A DNA stretch of 28,888 bases. It comes from a virus. Lineage: Duplodnaviria; Caudoviricetes. Positions 26,248-28,888 of this stretch are shown here, one piece after another (position 1 is the first letter of the stretch; each line of letters opens with the position of its first letter). The stretch lies in IMG/VR virus record IMGVR_UViG_3300048785_000077, positions 1-28,888 of that record, one strand, 5' to 3'. Below the pieces are notes generated by a model. That model saw only the letters and a program-made list of their open reading frames with translations. It ran no database searches and was not told where the DNA came from. Both the position numbers and the translations under genes were made by a program.

Positions 26248-26715
26248 ATGGACCACAAAGAGAAAGCAATTCTGAATCGCCTATTGCGGGAAGCCGAGGA
26301 CAACGCCCGCGAAATCTCCAAGGTCCTCCATTTCGTTCGCGAGATTCTCCGCGAACTTCAACCGCAACTCCCACAAATCACTGTTTTTTCGGAGATTACA
26401 ATGCTGCCTACCACTGGTGGAAACACCCAAATCTTTACCGGCACGTTCGTACCAGCCGGTTCCGTTCCCCCCACCGACGCGGTTTACGCCGTCACATCGA
26501 ACGATCCTGCAGTCAGTCCCACAGTGGACGCGACCGGCCTGATCGTAACCGGCGCGCTTCCTGTCGGATGGGTGGAGAGCACCACAACTCCCTTGGCGTA
26601 CACCCGCACGGCGTCCAGCGCAAGCAATACCTCTTGGACGTTGAGCGACATCATCACTCCTTCGGCGCCTCCGGTTGGGTTCCCCTCCAGCACGACCTTC
26701 GTCCAAACCACTTAA
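26248..26715 (+). CDS. hypothetical protein with possible Ig-like C-terminal domain
   Basis: Helical N-terminus, then a Thr/Val-rich beta region (TSNDPAV...VDATGL). Confidence 0.6.
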   Translation: MDHKEKAILNRLLREAEDNAREISKVLHFVREILRELQPQLPQITVFSEITMLPTTGGNTQIFTGTFVPAGSVPPTDAVYAVTSNDPAVSPTVDATGLIVTGALPVGWVESTTTPLAYTRTASSASNTSWTLSDIITPSAPPVGFPSSTTFVQTT

Positions 26716-26719
26716 CTCG

Positions 26720-26733
26720 ATGCGACATTGCAC
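26720..26733. promoter_or_regulatory. palindromic motif copy 10
   Basis: ATGCGACATTGCAC-TAA between a stop codon and a terminator. Confidence 0.65.
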
Positions 26734-26734
26734 T

Positions 26735-26767
26735 AAAGGCCTCCGCTTCACGCGGGGGCCTTTCTTT
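26735..26767 (+). terminator. Rho-independent terminator
   Basis: AAAGGCCTCCGC-ttcac-GCGGGGGCCTTT followed by CTTT. Confidence 0.8.
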
Positions 26768-26828
26768 GTGCGGAATAAAATAAAACCCAAATACCCAAAC
26801 TACTCCCAAACTATAGCAGCGATTGAAT

Positions 26829-26858
26829 TTGACTTAGCCTCGCCCGTGGCTCTAGAGT
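26829..26858 (+). promoter_or_regulatory. promoter candidate for the head genes
   Basis: TTGACT-18 bp-TAGAGT downstream of the terminator. Confidence 0.45.
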
Positions 26859-26931
26859 CTGAATCAACAACTCAGGATCACGGCCCAGCGATGTCAGCCG
26901 CTCCTCTGAATCCAAACTGAGGAGAATCATC

Positions 26932-27060
26932 ATGGCAAAGCGTAGAGGACACAAGGGCGGCAAGCACAAGAAGCTCACCGTCGTAGGCCCCCATCTGGGT
27001 GCGAAGCACATGGCGAAGCACAAGGGTGGACGTAAGGGTCGCGGTCGGAAGCGCGCATAA
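26932..27060 (+). CDS. 42-aa highly basic protein
   Basis: GAGGAG SD; MAKRRGHKGGKHKK...GRKRA; not in the ORF track. Confidence 0.75.
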   Translation: MAKRRGHKGGKHKKLTVVGPHLGAKHMAKHKGGRKGRGRKRA

Positions 27061-27294
27061 GTGGGAACCATGCCACAAGGCGCACCGCAAGGCTCAATGC
27101 AGGGGGCTCCTCCGCAAGGGGGAGCTTCGCCTGCCATCAAGCTGGCAATGCTCGGACAGGCTATTCAGGGACTCGCAAAGGAGTTTCCTGGGGGCCAAGA
27201 GGGTATCCAGATGATGATGAAGGGCCTTCAGCAGGTGCAGGCTTCCGCTTCGGCGCAATCGGCTCCCCAGCAGCCCCCGGCTCCGCCCCGTTAA
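27061..27294 (+). CDS. Gln/Pro/Gly-rich small head-region protein
   Basis: Abuts the previous stop; start at 27061 or 27070. Confidence 0.65.
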   Translation: MGTMPQGAPQGSMQGAPPQGGASPAIKLAMLGQAIQGLAKEFPGGQEGIQMMMKGLQQVQASASAQSAPQQPPAPPR

Positions 27295-27324
27295 TCCTGA
27301 GAGACTTTTGAGGAGAAGAAATAA

Positions 27325-28158
27325 ATGACTGAACTCGAATGGCTCAAGCAGGAATCGGGACTAACTGACGAAGAACTGAAGACCTACGAGACGATTCTCG
27401 GAGACAGCAAGTTTAAGGGAATGCTGAAGAAAGTTATCGACGGCAACGGTGCATTGAGTGCCGCAAAGACAAAGGCCGAGACGGAACTGGATCAGTTCAC
27501 TACCCGCTACAACAATGAGATTGTGCCCGCGCTACGGACTACCACTCAGGAGTCCATTGCTCAGTCGGGCAAAGTGGCCGCGCTTGAAGCAAAGCTCGCG
27601 AAGGCTAAGGAGTACGGCCTGATGATCGACGATGAAGTGGTTGCGCCAAAGCAGGCTGAACAGGTCCGCGCACCAGGCTCGCCCGATCCTAATGCCATCT
27701 CCCGCGACGATTTGAACCGTTTCTCCAATGCTCAGTCGAACACGCTGATTACGCTGAACGATCTGAACGCTGAGCACTTCGGCCTCTTCGGTGCGCCGTT
27801 GGGCGGCACGCAGGATTTGGTGGACGAAGTGAACCGCCAGCGGACGCTTGGAAACAAGAACTTCACGCTCAAGAATGCTTGGGAAATTAAGAACAATGTC
27901 GCCAGCAAGCGCGCGGAAGTAGCCGCAGCCGCTCAGACGAAGCGCGACAACGATTTGAAGGCGCAGTGGACCAAGGAAGAGCGCGAGCGCACCGGGAGCA
28001 ACCCTCACACGCGCCGCGGCCAGCCTAGCCGTTTTTCAACGTACAAAGCATCCGATGCGAAGGCTGAGAAACCGTGGCAGGCTTCGCGCAGCAAGAATGA
28101 ACGCAACGCCGGTTGGCGCGAAAATGCGCTGGCTAAGGTGCAAAACGGCGCTGCGTAA
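27325..28158 (+). CDS. capsid scaffolding protein (probable)
   Basis: GAGGAG SD; coiled coil; directly upstream of the capsid gene. Confidence 0.65.
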   Translation: MTELEWLKQESGLTDEELKTYETILGDSKFKGMLKKVIDGNGALSAAKTKAETELDQFTTRYNNEIVPALRTTTQESIAQSGKVAALEAKLAKAKEYGLMIDDEVVAPKQAEQVRAPGSPDPNAISRDDLNRFSNAQSNTLITLNDLNAEHFGLFGAPLGGTQDLVDEVNRQRTLGNKNFTLKNAWEIKNNVASKRAEVAAAAQTKRDNDLKAQWTKEERERTGSNPHTRRGQPSRFSTYKASDAKAEKPWQASRSKNERNAGWRENALAKVQNGAA

Positions 28159-28181
28159 ATGAATTTTAAGGAGAGAATCAA

Positions 28182-28888
28182 ATGGCTTTTGGGCCGCTTT
28201 TTCCTGAGTTAAGCGCTACTACCCTCAACGAGCTCGTGGATGGCTATATATACCAAAACAGCTATGTTGGGACCCCCTTTCAGCGCTACATGCGAGCCTC
28301 CGGAGCATTCGATCCGTTTGGCGGCGGCGCTGGTATGCAGGTGCCTCAGCTCTATCAGGGTGTCGGTGGCGGCGCACTGTTCCCCGGCGAGGATGTAACC
28401 ATCGTCGATGAGCAGGTGATCACTGCCAGCCTCTTCCAGCCCAAGGCATACGCCAAGTACAAGCTCGTGAACGACTTTGTGGTGGAGGCTCAGAACAAAG
28501 GCCCTGAGGCCCGCGTTGCGCTGCTCGAAGCCTACCTGAACCAGATGATGGAGGGTATCGACTTCCAGATCGAGGGCGACATGTTCCGCCACGGTCAGGC
28601 AGCCGGCAATGGCGTCAGCGACAATCGCCTCGCGTCCATCAACGGCATGTCGGAAGCGCTCAATGATGGAGTTTCCCCTTCGTGGGATGGCAACGTGTTC
28701 CCGACCTACGGCGGCCAGGGACGCAACGGCGCAATCGGCGCCTCGTTGAACTCGACTCCCATCTGGCTCGGCGATCAGAACGGCAACCCCGCTCCTCCGA
28801 ACTACCAGACTCTTTTGAAGACCTACCTGACTCCGATCCAGAACGGCGGAGACAAGCTGGGCGTGACCTCGTACCTGGGGTACTCTTC
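28182..28888 (+). CDS. major capsid protein (partial, runs off the window)
   Basis: AAGGAG SD; MAFGPLFPELSATTL...; frame open to the window end; position after scaffold. Confidence 0.75.
   Translation, partial: MAFGPLFPELSATTLNELVDGYIYQNSYVGTPFQRYMRASGAFDPFGGGAGMQVPQLYQGVGGGALFPGEDVTIVDEQVITASLFQPKAYAKYKLVNDFVVEAQNKGPEARVALLEAYLNQMMEGIDFQIEGDMFRHGQAAGNGVSDNRLASINGMSEALNDGVSPSWDGNVFPTYGGQGRNGAIGASLNSTPIWLGDQNGNPAPPNYQTLLKTYLTPIQNGGDKLGVTSYLGYS

Overview
The window is a ~29 kb segment of a tailed dsDNA phage or prophage, probably of a diderm host (a lipobox lipoprotein lies in the lysis cassette). Left to right: a lysis cassette ending in a SleB-type cell wall hydrolase and terminator; a rightward early/replication operon (HTH regulator, ERF recombinase, two KTSC-domain proteins, SF2 and SNF2-like helicases, Lar-like protein, two DNA methyltransferase-like genes, primase Zn-finger-only protein, HNH and PD-(D/E)XK nucleases); a ~750 bp hairpin-rich stretch without convincing genes; a leftward operon of small genes (excisionase-like HTH, Ala-rich repeat protein, DUF551-like); a divergent promoter region; then packaging/head genes (TerS candidate, TerL, Mom-like DNA modification enzyme, portal, scaffold, start of the major capsid protein). 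No integrase, tRNA, CRISPR or reverse transcriptase was seen. The main unexplained signals are ten dispersed copies of a 14-bp palindrome (RTGCRA-NN-TYGCAY), the candidate large structured RNA, a gene nested out of frame inside a Zn-finger/KTSC fusion, and genes bracketed by direct repeats. All family calls are from motif recognition by eye; no searches were run.
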